A stretch of 64,000 nt of DNA from Arcobacteraceae bacterium (lineage in GTDB: Bacteria > Campylobacterota > Campylobacteria > Campylobacterales > Arcobacteraceae). The stretch lies in NCBI GenBank assembly GCA_963662945.1, contig OY759974.1:64001-128000 (forward strand), read 5' to 3'. Below the pieces are notes generated by a model, which made no database searches, was not told where the DNA came from, and worked only from the letters and a program-made list of their open reading frames with translations. Both the position numbers and the translations under genes were made by a program. Each line of letters opens with the position of its first letter. The first letter of the stretch is position 1. Of this stretch, positions 40,768 to 51,653 are shown in pieces.

Positions 40768-41397
40768 ATGAAAACTAAATTTATGGAAGCTATGAATTTC
40801 AGACATGCCTGTAAAGCATTTGATGAAACAAAAAAGATATCTGATGAAGATATCAACTTTATTATGGAGGTTGCTAGAAAATCACCTTCATCATTTGGTA
40901 TGGAGGGTTGGAAGTTCTTAGTTGTTACAAATGATGAACTTAAAAAGAAACTTCGTCCATATTGTTGGGATCAAGTACAAATAACATCTTGTTCACATCT
41001 TATTGTCGTGTTAAGTGCTATAGAATCTGTAAAAGTAGAATCTGGAATTCCTAGAAAAAGATTTGAAAGACGAGAATTAGGAAAAGAAAAAACAGACTTC
41101 TATATGGGTCTTTACGCAAATCACCTCAAAGATGTACTTCCTAGTGATGATAATATCTATTCTTGGACTACAAGACAAACATATATTGCTGTTGGAAATA
41201 TGATGACTGCTGCAGCTTGTATAGGGATTGATTCTTGTCCAATTGAAGGATTAGAGAAAGAAAATGTAGAAAAAGTATTAGGACTAGATACTACAAAATA
41301 CCAACTTTCTATGCTTTTACCACTAGGATATAGAATAAATCCACAATCAACACAACAAAGAGAGCCTTTTGAGGATATAGTAGAGTTTATCAAATAG
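40768..41397 (+). CDS. NAD(P)H nitroreductase (NfsB/FrxA-like)
   Basis: RHACKAFD, SPSSFGMEGW, IGIDSCPIEG; ATG at 40768 after AAGGA. Confidence 0.9.
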   Translation: MKTKFMEAMNFRHACKAFDETKKISDEDINFIMEVARKSPSSFGMEGWKFLVVTNDELKKKLRPYCWDQVQITSCSHLIVVLSAIESVKVESGIPRKRFERRELGKEKTDFYMGLYANHLKDVLPSDDNIYSWTTRQTYIAVGNMMTAAACIGIDSCPIEGLEKENVEKVLGLDTTKYQLSMLLPLGYRINPQSTQQREPFEDIVEFIK

Positions 41398-41398
41398 A

Positions 41399-42577
41399 AT
41401 GTTCCAAAACATTTTTAAATCAAAAGTAGCTTTACTTTACCTGTTATCAATATCGATGATATTCTCATTTTCTGCGTGGATGAGTTTATTGAATAACTTT
41501 GTTATAGAGGTAGCTTCTTTTAATGGTAATCAAATAGGAATTTTACAAAGTTTACGAGAAATACCAGGATTTTTAGCTTTTACTGTAGTTTTAGTTATAG
41601 CTATTATTGCACAACAAAGACTAGCATATATTTCTATGATATTATTGGGAGTAGGGACTGCATTAACAGGACTCTTTCCTAATGCTTTGGGACTTTATAT
41701 CACAACTGTGATTATGTCCATAGGATTTCACTATCTCGAAACTTTAAATCAATCCCTATCTCTACAATGGCTTACAAAGGCACAAGCTCCAATTATACTG
41801 GGAAAAATAACAGCAGCTAAGTCTGTCACTGCATTAATTGTATTTGCACTTATTTATATTATGATGAAATTTTATAGTATAGAGTACAAATGGGTTTATA
41901 TCTTCTTTGGTGGGATAAGCACAATTATAGCAATCATTGCTTGGATAGGTTTTGAACACTTTAAAGATGATGTGGTTCAGGAAAAGAAAATACAACTAAA
42001 AAAAGAGTATTGGTTATATTATACGCTTACATTTTTAGCGGGTGCTAGAAGACAAATATTTGTTGTGTTTGCTGGATTTTTACTTGTAGAAAAATTTGGT
42101 GTTGATATACACAATATGATGTTACTACTGATTATAAACTCTGTTTTAAATATCTATTTTGCACCAAAAATAGGGCGATTCATAGCACATTTTGGGGAAA
42201 GATTTACTTTAAGATTTGAATATATAGGATTGTTTTTAGTGTTTACTTCCTATGCTTTTGTAGAAAACCTCTATATCGCTTATTTTTTATATGTGATTGA
42301 TCATATTTTATTTTCATTTGCAATTGCTTTAAAAACATATTTTCAAAAAATAGCAGACCCAAAAGATATTGCAAGTGCGAGTGCTGTTAGTTTTACTATT
42401 AATCATATAGCTGCTGTTATACTACCTGTACTTTTAGGACTATTATGGTTGTATTCTCATACTTTAGTATTTTTAATTGGTTCCTTAATAGCTTTAAGTT
42501 CATTTAGTTTATCACTTTTAATTCCTAGAAAACCAGAAAGAGGATTTGAAACAACTCTTACAATAGGAAAACATTAA
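41399..42577 (+). CDS. MFS transporter
   Basis: About 12 hydrophobic segments; SLREIPG, GARRQIF, FTINHIAAV. Confidence 0.85.
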   Translation: MFQNIFKSKVALLYLLSISMIFSFSAWMSLLNNFVIEVASFNGNQIGILQSLREIPGFLAFTVVLVIAIIAQQRLAYISMILLGVGTALTGLFPNALGLYITTVIMSIGFHYLETLNQSLSLQWLTKAQAPIILGKITAAKSVTALIVFALIYIMMKFYSIEYKWVYIFFGGISTIIAIIAWIGFEHFKDDVVQEKKIQLKKEYWLYYTLTFLAGARRQIFVVFAGFLLVEKFGVDIHNMMLLLIINSVLNIYFAPKIGRFIAHFGERFTLRFEYIGLFLVFTSYAFVENLYIAYFLYVIDHILFSFAIALKTYFQKIADPKDIASASAVSFTINHIAAVILPVLLGLLWLYSHTLVFLIGSLIALSSFSLSLLIPRKPERGFETTLTIGKH

Positions 42578-42583
42578 CTATAT

Positions 42584-42628
42584 ACTATGTTACTAGCAAA
42601 GTAGAAAATTCTACTTTGTTTACATAGT
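42584..42628. terminator. long hairpin after the MFS gene (probable terminator between convergent units)
   Basis: actatgt..agcaaagtaga-aaat-tctactttgtt..acatagt. Confidence 0.55.
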
Positions 42629-42708
42629 TATATTAAATGGTTAACATAATATAAATTCTTTACAAAACATACATATTAGAAATAGAGTCCTTTTATAGAC
42701 TCTAATTT

Positions 42709-42816
42709 CTATCTTTGCATAGGATGCTTATAAGTTGTAGGATTCATAGCATTGTACGCTAAACCACCTACTATAGCTAAACCTAACAAAATCCAAACAA
42801 TATATTTCTTTGCCAT
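42709..42816 (-). CDS. small single-TM membrane protein (35 aa)
   Basis: AAGGAGG RBS then MAKKYIVWILLGLAIVGGLAYNAMNPTTYKHPMQR*; hairpin 42677-42711 overlaps the stop. Confidence 0.7.
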   Translation of the reverse strand: MAKKYIVWILLGLAIVGGLAYNAMNPTTYKHPMQR

Positions 42817-42844
42817 ATCAGTTCCTCCTTATAGATTTAAAAAA

Positions 42845-43123
42845 CTACCAAAGTGATTCTGTTTCATAATCGTCATTTTTCTCTGTAAATTCCAAATAAA
42901 TATTATCACTATAATCTATATAAAGCATATACTCATCAAGATAAATCGTATTTTGAACATCCGATTTATTTATATATGACGATTCTTCACTATTTGAAGC
43001 TAAATCACTTAAATAATACTCAATCATTGATGGAGCCATTGTTTGAGTTGTTAGCTCAATCTGCTCAAACATTTCTACATTAAATGTAGAATAAACTAAA
43101 TCTTTATCGAGCTTGATAACCAA
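42845..43123 (-). CDS. hypothetical acidic protein
   Basis: 92-aa ORF abutting the stop of the upstream gene. Confidence 0.65.
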   Translation of the reverse strand: MVIKLDKDLVYSTFNVEMFEQIELTTQTMAPSMIEYYLSDLASNSEESSYINKSDVQNTIYLDEYMLYIDYSDNIYLEFTEKNDDYETESLW

Positions 43124-43591
43124 TTAATTATTAAACCCGTTCAATAATGATTGCATTCTACCAAGATCTATTTCTCTCTCAGATGAACTTGTATTTTCTT
43201 TTTTCTCTTCAAACTCAATATCCATTGTAGTTTGCTCTTGCATAGATAATTCACTTTCGACGATATTAACCATTTCATCTTCACCCATACTGTTGAAGCT
43301 TGGTTGTTCTACATATTCATTTGAAGCTTGATTTTTATTAGTATCTTCAAGTATATTTTTAATTCGTCCAAGCATAGTGTCAATTTCACTTGTATGTTGT
43401 TCTGTTGTATCTGTTAATTGCTCAATTTGCTCTTCTAAATCACGATTTCTAAGTTCTAATTCACTTATTTTAGTATCTTTGTTTGTATTTTCTTGTTGTA
43501 AATTAGTATTCTCATTTTTTAATTTGTCATAGGCATCTAGAAGTTCATTAAGCGCATCACTTAATTGTTGAACAGTATTGTTATCTTGCAT
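43124..43591 (-). CDS. coiled-coil protein (ZapB-like N-terminus possible)
   Basis: AAGGA RBS; heptad-rich N-terminal half. Confidence 0.65.
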   Translation of the reverse strand: MQDNNTVQQLSDALNELLDAYDKLKNENTNLQQENTNKDTKISELELRNRDLEEQIEQLTDTTEQHTSEIDTMLGRIKNILEDTNKNQASNEYVEQPSFNSMGEDEMVNIVESELSMQEQTTMDIEFEEKKENTSSSEREIDLGRMQSLLNGFNN

Positions 43592-43632
43592 TTAAAATCC
43601 TTATATAAATTATCATAAAATAGTAACTAAAA

Positions 43633-45594
43633 TTAACTGATAATTCCATCAATTTTTAATAAAGATTTTATATCAGGTTTACGAGATGCAAATTGGTAAT
43701 ATAACTCATTCATATCAATACTACCACCTTTCCCTAATACAATTTCTTTATATTTAGCTGCTAATTGTTCATTGAAAACCCCATTTTCAATAAACAGATA
43801 ATAAGCATCAGCACTTAAAACTTCAGCCCATTTGTAACTATAATATCCAGCAGCATAACCACCTGCAAAAATATGGCTAAAACCATTTTGAAATCTACTA
43901 TATGATGGTGGTTTTAATACTGATATTTCATCCCTTATTGTATCAAGTAACACTTGTACTTCATCTTCTTTGTATAACTTTTGATGAAGTTTAAAGTCAA
44001 ACAGAGCAAACTCTAGTTGTCTTATTGTACTTAATGAAGATTGAAAGTTTCTCGCATTGATCAATTTATCTATCGCTTCATCATCTAGTACTTCATTTGT
44101 TTGATAATGTTTTGCAAACATTTTTAAAACATCTTTATCATACGAAAAGTATTCTAAAAACTGTGAAGGGAACTCTACAGTATCCCATGCAACTCCATTT
44201 ATTCCACTTACATATGGTTGCCCTACTTTACTTAAGATATGATGCAATGCATGACCCATCTCATGAAATAGAGTCACAACATCACTGTGTCTCAAAAGAG
44301 AAGGTGTTGTCTCACTAGATGTAGGAAAATTACAAACTATATATGCAGTAGGAAGTTGCTTTTTATCATTGATAAAACTATGTGAATGCCAGTTATTCAT
44401 CCAAGCACCCCCTCTTTTGTCCTTTCTTGCTTCTAAATCAACGTAAAGTCTTGCTGTTGACTTTCCATTTTCAGAAACTTCATATACTGTTGCCTTTTCA
44501 TCCCAAACAGGTGCATCAACCTTTTGAAATTTAATATTAAAGATTTTATGAAGAAAATCAAACAATCCAGTTAAAACGCTATTTTTTTCAAAATATGGTC
44601 TATAATATTCTTCATCTATATCATACTTCGCTTCTTTTAGTTTTTGACTGTAATAAGCCAAATCATAGCTTTGCAATTCATTAATACCATCTTTACTAGC
44701 AAATGATGCAACCTCTTCTAATTCTTCTTTAGCTTTATCTTTTGAGTATTTAGCCAATTCATATAAGAAATTGATAACTTCATCTTCACTTTGAGCCATT
44801 TTAGTTGCAAGTGAAAGTTTTGCATAATTATCAAATCCTAGTAAATTTGCCTCTTTTTCCTTCAATTCTAATATTCGTTCTATCAATTTACCATTTTGTG
44901 TCGCTCTTGTGTTGTAGGCTTTGTATAATTCTTCTCTTCTCTCTCTAGATGTACCATAGGTAATATATGCAATATATGATGGCATTTGAAGTGTAAATTT
45001 ATATTTGACTTTTCCATCTTCATCCGTAAATTTAGCTGCTTCTAAATCACTCTTGGGAATCTCTTTAACATCTTCATCATTTTCTATAATCATCTCCCAA
45101 GCATTTGTAGCATCAAGAAGATTTTGAGAAAACTGTTTTCCAAGTTCACTAAGCTCTAAATTTATCTTTTCTAACTCTTGTTTTTTCTCATCATTAAGTC
45201 CACAACCACCAAGAGCAAAATCTCGTATTTCATTTTCTAAAACTTTTTGTTGTTCTATATTTAAAGTACTATTATACTTATACTGTATATCTTTAAAAGC
45301 ACTATAAACCTTTTCATTTGATGACAACTGTGAACCATAAATAGAGATTAAAGGTAAACACTCATCATATATTTTTTGTGTATTTTCACTATTTTTTACA
45401 CTATCAATATGAAAAATTGGTGTACAAAATTGCTCTAATCTTTCACCCATCATTTGATATGGAACTACAAAATTATCGTAAGTTTTCTCTTCAATTTGAA
45501 GTAATTCTTCTAACTCTTTTTTATTCTCTTCTATTAAAACTTCTAAGTTTTTTGCACTATTTTCAAAATCATCTAATATAAATTCTTTAAACAT
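43633..45594 (-). CDS. prlC: oligopeptidase A (M3 family)
   Basis: KRGGAWM, LFHEMGHALH, VEFPSQ, HIFAGGYAAGYYSYKWAE. Confidence 0.93.
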   Translation of the reverse strand: MFKEFILDDFENSAKNLEVLIEENKKELEELLQIEEKTYDNFVVPYQMMGERLEQFCTPIFHIDSVKNSENTQKIYDECLPLISIYGSQLSSNEKVYSAFKDIQYKYNSTLNIEQQKVLENEIRDFALGGCGLNDEKKQELEKINLELSELGKQFSQNLLDATNAWEMIIENDEDVKEIPKSDLEAAKFTDEDGKVKYKFTLQMPSYIAYITYGTSRERREELYKAYNTRATQNGKLIERILELKEKEANLLGFDNYAKLSLATKMAQSEDEVINFLYELAKYSKDKAKEELEEVASFASKDGINELQSYDLAYYSQKLKEAKYDIDEEYYRPYFEKNSVLTGLFDFLHKIFNIKFQKVDAPVWDEKATVYEVSENGKSTARLYVDLEARKDKRGGAWMNNWHSHSFINDKKQLPTAYIVCNFPTSSETTPSLLRHSDVVTLFHEMGHALHHILSKVGQPYVSGINGVAWDTVEFPSQFLEYFSYDKDVLKMFAKHYQTNEVLDDEAIDKLINARNFQSSLSTIRQLEFALFDFKLHQKLYKEDEVQVLLDTIRDEISVLKPPSYSRFQNGFSHIFAGGYAAGYYSYKWAEVLSADAYYLFIENGVFNEQLAAKYKEIVLGKGGSIDMNELYYQFASRKPDIKSLLKIDGIIS

Positions 45595-45634
45595 ATTTAT
45601 CCTTTTTATTATATTTTATAACTATTTTTTCTTC

Positions 45635-46159
45635 TTAAAACTCTCGTATTATCTTATATTTGACACCATCAGGTTTCATGATACTTTCCACTAAACATAC
45701 TTTTAGATTTAGTTGAGCACTAAACTCCAATATCTTGAATTTTTCTTTATAATTAGCATCTTTGATTTTTTTTACTCTCATCAATGTAATATGTGGTTTA
45801 AAATTCTTTTCTTTTAGAACTTTATCTCCTAAAAGTTCATTGATTTGATCTTCTATTTTATAAAGTGTTTTATTTGAACTTCGAAGACTTAAAATATTTT
45901 TATGAAATAATTTAAATCTTTTAAAAACTACTGTCTGTTTTTTTACATAATGTAATTTCTTTAATTTTTCAATGATTTTTTCTATATTTGTAACATCACC
46001 TAAAAATTTAAACGTCATATGAAGGTTTTTCTTTTCTATCCATTTCCCATCAAAGAAAGGATCAAGTTCCTCTTTTAATAAACTGTAATTGTCAATAGAA
46101 GCAAACGCTCCTATAAACAACCTATGTGATGATGTTGTTGTTTTATCAAAATTTTTCAT
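45635..46159 (-). CDS. thpR: RNA 2',3'-cyclic phosphodiesterase (2H family)
   Basis: RLFIG, LHMTFKFLG, FKPHITLMR. Confidence 0.88.
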   Translation of the reverse strand: MKNFDKTTTSSHRLFIGAFASIDNYSLLKEELDPFFDGKWIEKKNLHMTFKFLGDVTNIEKIIEKLKKLHYVKKQTVVFKRFKLFHKNILSLRSSNKTLYKIEDQINELLGDKVLKEKNFKPHITLMRVKKIKDANYKEKFKILEFSAQLNLKVCLVESIMKPDGVKYKIIREF

Positions 46160-46167
46160 AATTATTT

Positions 46168-48975
46168 TTACAACTCTTTCTCTAAATAATATCCAGTATA
46201 ACTTTTCGTTTCTTTATGTGTTGCTGCTAACTCTTCAGGTGTTCCAGTAGCAATAATCTGACCACCTTTTGAACCACCTTCATATCCCATATCTATAACA
46301 TAATCTGCATTTCTTACCACATCTAAATTGTGTTCTATAACTATCACACTATTACCTAAATCAACAAGATGATGTAATACTTTAGTTAATCTATCCACAT
46401 CTGCAAAATGAAGTCCTGTTGTTGGCTCATCTAAAACATATAAAGTATTTCCAGTATCTTTTTTACTTAACTCTTTAGAAAGTTTAATTCTTTGTGCTTC
46501 TCCACCACTTAATGTAATAGCATTTTGTCCTAAAGTTATGTACCCTAGTCCCACATCAAGTAAAGTTTGTAGTTTTGCATGAAGCTTTGGTACTTTTACA
46601 AAAAACTCATATGCCTCTTCAACTGACATATTCAATACATCTGAAATAGATTTACCTTTGTAGTGTATCTCTAATGTTTGCGCGTTGTATCTAGCACCGT
46701 TACAATCTTCACATTTCACCATAATATCTGGTAAAAAGTGCATCTCAATTTTTATTTCACCTTCGCCTTGACATTTTTCACATCGTCCACCTTTTACATT
46801 GAAACTAAACCGCCCTATTTGGTAGCCTCGAAGTTTTGCTTCTTTTGTTTGCGCAAAAAGATTTCTAATATCATCCATAAGACCTGTATATGTTGCAGGA
46901 TTTGATCGAGGTGTTCTTCCTATTGGAGATTGGTCAAGGTAAATAACTTTGTCTAGTTTTTCTAGTCCCTCAATACTTACACCATCAACTTTATCAACTT
47001 TTCTAGCTCTATTTAAAAGTTCTTTTGCCACTGGTAAAAGTGTATGTAGTATCAAAGATGATTTGCCACTTCCACTTACTCCTGTAATTGCACACAAGTT
47101 TTTAAGAGGTATTTTTGCATCAAGATTTTTAATATTATTTAAATTAACATTTTTAATCTCTATCCACTCTTCTTGAGGTCTTCTTTTATAATATTTTATC
47201 TCTTTTGTACCATTTAAATATTGGGCTGTTAGAGTCTTTTTCTTCATAAGTTCTTTCATAGTTCCAGCAAAAACAACTTCACCACCAAACTTTCCAGCAT
47301 TTGGTCCAATATCTACTATGAAATCAGCTGCTTCCATAGTCTCTTTATCGTGTTCTACAACTATTACAGTATTTCCTTTTTCTTGTAATGCACGAAGAGT
47401 TTTAATAAGTTTTGCAGTATCTCTTTCATGGAGTCCAATAGAGGGTTCATCTAAAACATACATAACCCCTGTAAGTCCTGAACCTATCTGACTAGCTACA
47501 CGAATACGTTGTGCCTCACCACCTGAAATAGTTCTAGCATCTCTTCCTAAAGTGATATACCCTAAACCAACATCATATAAAAAATAGATTCTTTCTCGTA
47601 TCTCTTTTAAAATAGGACTTGATATCATTCTTTCTTGATCATTAAAATATGCGAAGTTCTTTTCATCTTGGAAAAAATCATGTGATACTTCTATAGGCAT
47701 ATCTAAAATATTTGCTATACCTGAATTTGCAACTTTTACAGATAAAGATGGTGCTTTTAATCTGTGTCCACCACAACTATCACACACTTTTTCAGTCATA
47801 AAAGCTTCCATATCTTTTTCATCTTTAACCATTGTGTAGGCAATTTTGATTATACCTTCCCATTTTCTTGTAAGTTTATGTCTTTTCCAAGTAAAAACAG
47901 CATCTTCAACTCCACCATTTAAAATGCCCCCTCTTTCGTGAGAATCTAAATCATTAAATGGAATAGTAGTATCAATACCAGCAGCTTCACAATATGCTTT
48001 TAGCATTTTAAAATAATATCCTTTATTAAAACCATAGATGATTTTAATAGCACCCTCATCTATACTTAACTCTCCATCAATAACTTTTTTCATATCAAGT
48101 GTATATCGAATTCCCAACCCATCACAAGAACTACAAGCACCTTTTGGAGAGTTAAATGAAAAACTTAAAGGTTCAAGTGGTTCAAAAGAGATTTTACAAT
48201 CAAAACAAGCCATATGCTCACTGTAATGAATATGTTTCTCACACCCTACTTCCTCATGATTCATAACTTCAACTTCAAGTTCACCAAAAGCTTCTTTTAA
48301 ACCTTTTTCAACATCTTGTGCAATTCTTTCTTTGTTTTCCTCTTTTACAACAACTCTATCAATTACAACTTTAATCGTATGCATTTGAGATTTTCCAAGC
48401 TCTATCTCATCATCAAGTCGTACCATTACCCCATCAACTTGTGCTCTTACATATCCTTTGGCTCGTAAACTTTCAAAAAGATCAGAGAATGTTCCTTTCT
48501 TTCTGTTAATTAGTGGTGCTAGTATAACAATCTTGGCTTCTTCAGGCAATTGTAAAACTTGATTAATAACATCGGAACTACTCATTTGAGAAATAGGTTT
48601 TCCACACTTATGACAATGCTGTTTTCCAACTCTTGCATATAACAATCGTAAATAATCGTAAATTTCTGTGATAGTTCCTACTGTACTTCTTGGGTTTTTT
48701 GAAGTTGTTTTTTGATCAATTGCAATAGCTGGAGTAAGTCCCTCTATTCTTTCGACATCTGGTTTTCCTATTTTTCCTAAGAATTGTCTTGCATAAGCAC
48801 TTAAAGATTCTATATATCTTCTTTGTCCTTCTGCATACAGGGTATCAAAAGCTAGTGTTGATTTTCCACTACCACTAAGTCCTGTAAATACTATCAGTTT
48901 ATTTTTCGGTATCTCCAAATTTACATTTTTTAGATTATTTTCATTTGCATTAAATACTTTTATTGTATCTGTCAT
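46168..48975 (-). CDS. uvrA: excinuclease ABC subunit A
   Basis: GLSGSGKS, AEGQRRY, zinc fingers, second ABC domain GVSGSGKS, LSGGEAQR. Confidence 0.98.
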   Translation of the reverse strand: MTDTIKVFNANENNLKNVNLEIPKNKLIVFTGLSGSGKSTLAFDTLYAEGQRRYIESLSAYARQFLGKIGKPDVERIEGLTPAIAIDQKTTSKNPRSTVGTITEIYDYLRLLYARVGKQHCHKCGKPISQMSSSDVINQVLQLPEEAKIVILAPLINRKKGTFSDLFESLRAKGYVRAQVDGVMVRLDDEIELGKSQMHTIKVVIDRVVVKEENKERIAQDVEKGLKEAFGELEVEVMNHEEVGCEKHIHYSEHMACFDCKISFEPLEPLSFSFNSPKGACSSCDGLGIRYTLDMKKVIDGELSIDEGAIKIIYGFNKGYYFKMLKAYCEAAGIDTTIPFNDLDSHERGGILNGGVEDAVFTWKRHKLTRKWEGIIKIAYTMVKDEKDMEAFMTEKVCDSCGGHRLKAPSLSVKVANSGIANILDMPIEVSHDFFQDEKNFAYFNDQERMISSPILKEIRERIYFLYDVGLGYITLGRDARTISGGEAQRIRVASQIGSGLTGVMYVLDEPSIGLHERDTAKLIKTLRALQEKGNTVIVVEHDKETMEAADFIVDIGPNAGKFGGEVVFAGTMKELMKKKTLTAQYLNGTKEIKYYKRRPQEEWIEIKNVNLNNIKNLDAKIPLKNLCAITGVSGSGKSSLILHTLLPVAKELLNRARKVDKVDGVSIEGLEKLDKVIYLDQSPIGRTPRSNPATYTGLMDDIRNLFAQTKEAKLRGYQIGRFSFNVKGGRCEKCQGEGEIKIEMHFLPDIMVKCEDCNGARYNAQTLEIHYKGKSISDVLNMSVEEAYEFFVKVPKLHAKLQTLLDVGLGYITLGQNAITLSGGEAQRIKLSKELSKKDTGNTLYVLDEPTTGLHFADVDRLTKVLHHLVDLGNSVIVIEHNLDVVRNADYVIDMGYEGGSKGGQIIATGTPEELAATHKETKSYTGYYLEKEL

Positions 48976-49090
48976 ATTATGTTTGCCTTTTAGCTTTTAG
49001 TTTATAAAAAAATTAAGTGGATAGTATACAATAATTATGTAGTTTTATTAATTAGAAAATAGTATATAATTTAACTAATTAATAAATTTT

Positions 49091-50341
49091 TTATCTTCTT
49101 TGAGTCCTATTGCTATTCGAATAATTTTTTCTAGGTCTATTTGAACTAGTATTTCCAGATGAGCGTTGTTGACCTCTTTTACTTAAAGGTTTGGCTTTTA
49201 TAGATTTATCTACTTCAAAACCTTCTATTACAACTTTAGTAATATCTTTTTTGATAAGTTTTTCTATATCTTTTAGAAAAATATGTTCATCAACACAAAC
49301 TAACGAGATAGCTTCACCCTCATTTCCAGCACGACCTGTACGCCCTATTCTATGTACATAATCTTCAGGAACATTTGGTAACTCATAGTTTATCACATGA
49401 GGTAATTGGTCTATGTCAATTCCACGAGCTGCAATATCTGTTGCTACTAAAACTTGTATTGTATTATCTTTAAAATCAGCTAGTGCTTTTGTTCTAGCAC
49501 CTTGACTTTTGTTTCCATGGATTGCTGCAGCACTTATCCCATCAGATTCTAGTTGTTTTGTAAGTTTATTTGCACCATGTTTTGTTCTTGTAAAAACCAA
49601 TACTTGATGCCAATCACCCTGCTTTATAAGATATGAAAGCAACTCTCTTTTTCTACTATCATCAACAAAATGGATTGTTTGTTTTATAGTTTGTGCTGAT
49701 GTGTTTCGTTTTGCAACCTCTATAAGTGTTGGTGTATGGAGTAATTCATCAGCAAGTTTTTTAATAGTTGTAGAAAAAGTAGCTGAAAAGAGTAAACTTT
49801 GTTTCTTTTTTGGAACTATTGCTAATATTTTTTTAATATCATGAATAAATCCCATATCTAGCATTCTATCTGCTTCATCTAAAACCAAAAACTCTACTGA
49901 TGAAAGATCAACACTTTTTTGCCCCACTAGATCTAAAAGTCTCCCTGGTGTTGCTACAAGAATATCTACACCTTTTTTAAGCTTTGCTTTTTGTGGATTG
50001 ATACCAACTCCACCAAACACAACTGCTGATGTAATTGGCAAATATTTACTATAATTTTCTATATTTTGTTCTACTTGAGCAGCTAGTTCTCTAGTGGGTG
50101 TTAAAACTAAAGCTCTCACTTTTAGTTTTTCTGTTTTAATTGGCTTTTGAATCAAAAGCTCTAAAATTGGCAGTGTAAAACCAGCAGTCTTGCCCGTACC
50201 TGTTTGAGCCCCTGCTAAAATATCTTTTCTTTGTAAAATAACTGGTATTGCTTGTAACTGTATGGGACTAGGAGTTGTATAGCCCTGCTCTTGCACAGCT
50301 TTTAAAATTGGTTTTGATAAACCTAATGAGTTGAACGACAT
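49091..50341 (-). CDS. rhlE: DEAD-box RNA helicase, RhlE-like
   Basis: [31 protein letters not shown]. Confidence 0.88.
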   Translation of the reverse strand: MSFNSLGLSKPILKAVQEQGYTTPSPIQLQAIPVILQRKDILAGAQTGTGKTAGFTLPILELLIQKPIKTEKLKVRALVLTPTRELAAQVEQNIENYSKYLPITSAVVFGGVGINPQKAKLKKGVDILVATPGRLLDLVGQKSVDLSSVEFLVLDEADRMLDMGFIHDIKKILAIVPKKKQSLLFSATFSTTIKKLADELLHTPTLIEVAKRNTSAQTIKQTIHFVDDSRKRELLSYLIKQGDWHQVLVFTRTKHGANKLTKQLESDGISAAAIHGNKSQGARTKALADFKDNTIQVLVATDIAARGIDIDQLPHVINYELPNVPEDYVHRIGRTGRAGNEGEAISLVCVDEHIFLKDIEKLIKKDITKVVIEGFEVDKSIKAKPLSKRGQQRSSGNTSSNRPRKNYSNSNRTQRR

Positions 50342-50426
50342 ATATAAAAATAACCTTTATGTTCTATTGAATTTCTTTCATTGTATCATAATTGTTTATC
50401 TTTAAAGATTATTTTTACCTCGAATA

Positions 50427-50645
50427 TTATTTTGTTGTATTTGTATCGTGTTTTGAGATAGTTGTTTTTGTAAATTTTACATAATCATTTTCAGCTGGTT
50501 GTACAATTAAAATTAAACCATAAATACTTAGTGCAATTCCAACAACTATAGCAATTTCAGTAAGAAATCGTTTTTCGATTTTTATTTTAGAAAAATATAG
50601 GGTCATGATAGACCCTATTAAAAAGAGTATAATTCCAAGCTTCAT
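50427..50645 (-). CDS. small two-TM hypothetical protein
   Basis: Two hydrophobic segments; starts 3 bp after the flagellin-like gene. Confidence 0.65.
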   Translation of the reverse strand: MKLGIILFLIGSIMTLYFSKIKIEKRFLTEIAIVVGIALSIYGLILIVQPAENDYVKFTKTTISKHDTNTTK

Positions 50646-50648
50646 ATA

Positions 50649-51458
50649 TTAAGAGAGCAACGCTATATTTCTTTGTTGATGAGCATTTGCCTGTGTTTGC
50701 ATTAAGTATCCAATTTGTGTTAATAAATTTGATTTACTAAAGTTAGAAACCTCTTTACTATAATCAATATCCATAATTGTAGATTGGGCACGTGCAGTAT
50801 TTGTTTCTTGGGTCATATAGTTTCTAGTCATAGATTCTAAAGCATTTGAAGCACTTCCATAGTCACTATTATATGAAGCAAGTTGTGTCATCCCTTGATT
50901 GACTGCATCTAACATTCCAGCTCGTGCATTTGGATCTGTAGCAAAATTATTTAAAAAAGATTTTAATGAATCAGAAATCGATGTTGTATCTGCTTTTGAA
51001 ATTTCTACAATAGCATCTTGACCAACTATAGACATATCATCTGTACTGTCACCTGCTGCTTTTAATAATTGCTCACCATTATATGTTGTTGAATTAGCAA
51101 TCTGATCATACTGTTCTAAATATTTGCCAATTTGTTCTGCGATTGCATCTCTACCTTCACTATTTGTAGTTGCAGTATTAGCTTGCAATGTTAATGTACT
51201 AATCTTTTCTAATATACTTTGCTGACTTAATATACCACCTTGTGCAATATTAGCTAAAGCTATACCACTAGTCGTATTTTCAATAGATTGAGATAAACTA
51301 CTTTTTTGAACACCAAGCTTATCACCAATAGCTAAACCAGAAGCATCATCACTAGCCTTATTAATTGCTAAACCACTGCTTAGCCTTTCTATTGAACTAG
51401 CACTTACACTATTTATGTTGTAAGCATTTATATATGAAGAATCTATATTCATAGCCAT
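50649..51458 (-). CDS. short flagellin-like protein (FlaC-like)
   Basis: ERLSSGLAINKASDDASGLAI N-domain; A.STIMDIDYSKEVSNF..Q.N C-domain; almost no central variable domain. Confidence 0.85.
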   Translation of the reverse strand: MAMNIDSSYINAYNINSVSASSIERLSSGLAINKASDDASGLAIGDKLGVQKSSLSQSIENTTSGIALANIAQGGILSQQSILEKISTLTLQANTATTNSEGRDAIAEQIGKYLEQYDQIANSTTYNGEQLLKAAGDSTDDMSIVGQDAIVEISKADTTSISDSLKSFLNNFATDPNARAGMLDAVNQGMTQLASYNSDYGSASNALESMTRNYMTQETNTARAQSTIMDIDYSKEVSNFSKSNLLTQIGYLMQTQANAHQQRNIALLS

Positions 51459-51653
51459 AACATACTCCTTATGTTTACTTGTATAGCTATTATAGATACT
51501 TAATTATTAATTTTTAATTAAATATTCAACTTACCCTAATTATTTTTTAAGATTAAAAAAGACAAAACTAAATATATTCACTTTTATTATACTTCAAAAT
51601 AGATATTATGAATTTATTATTTCTAAAATAAATTAAATTGTTGCTAAACCTTA

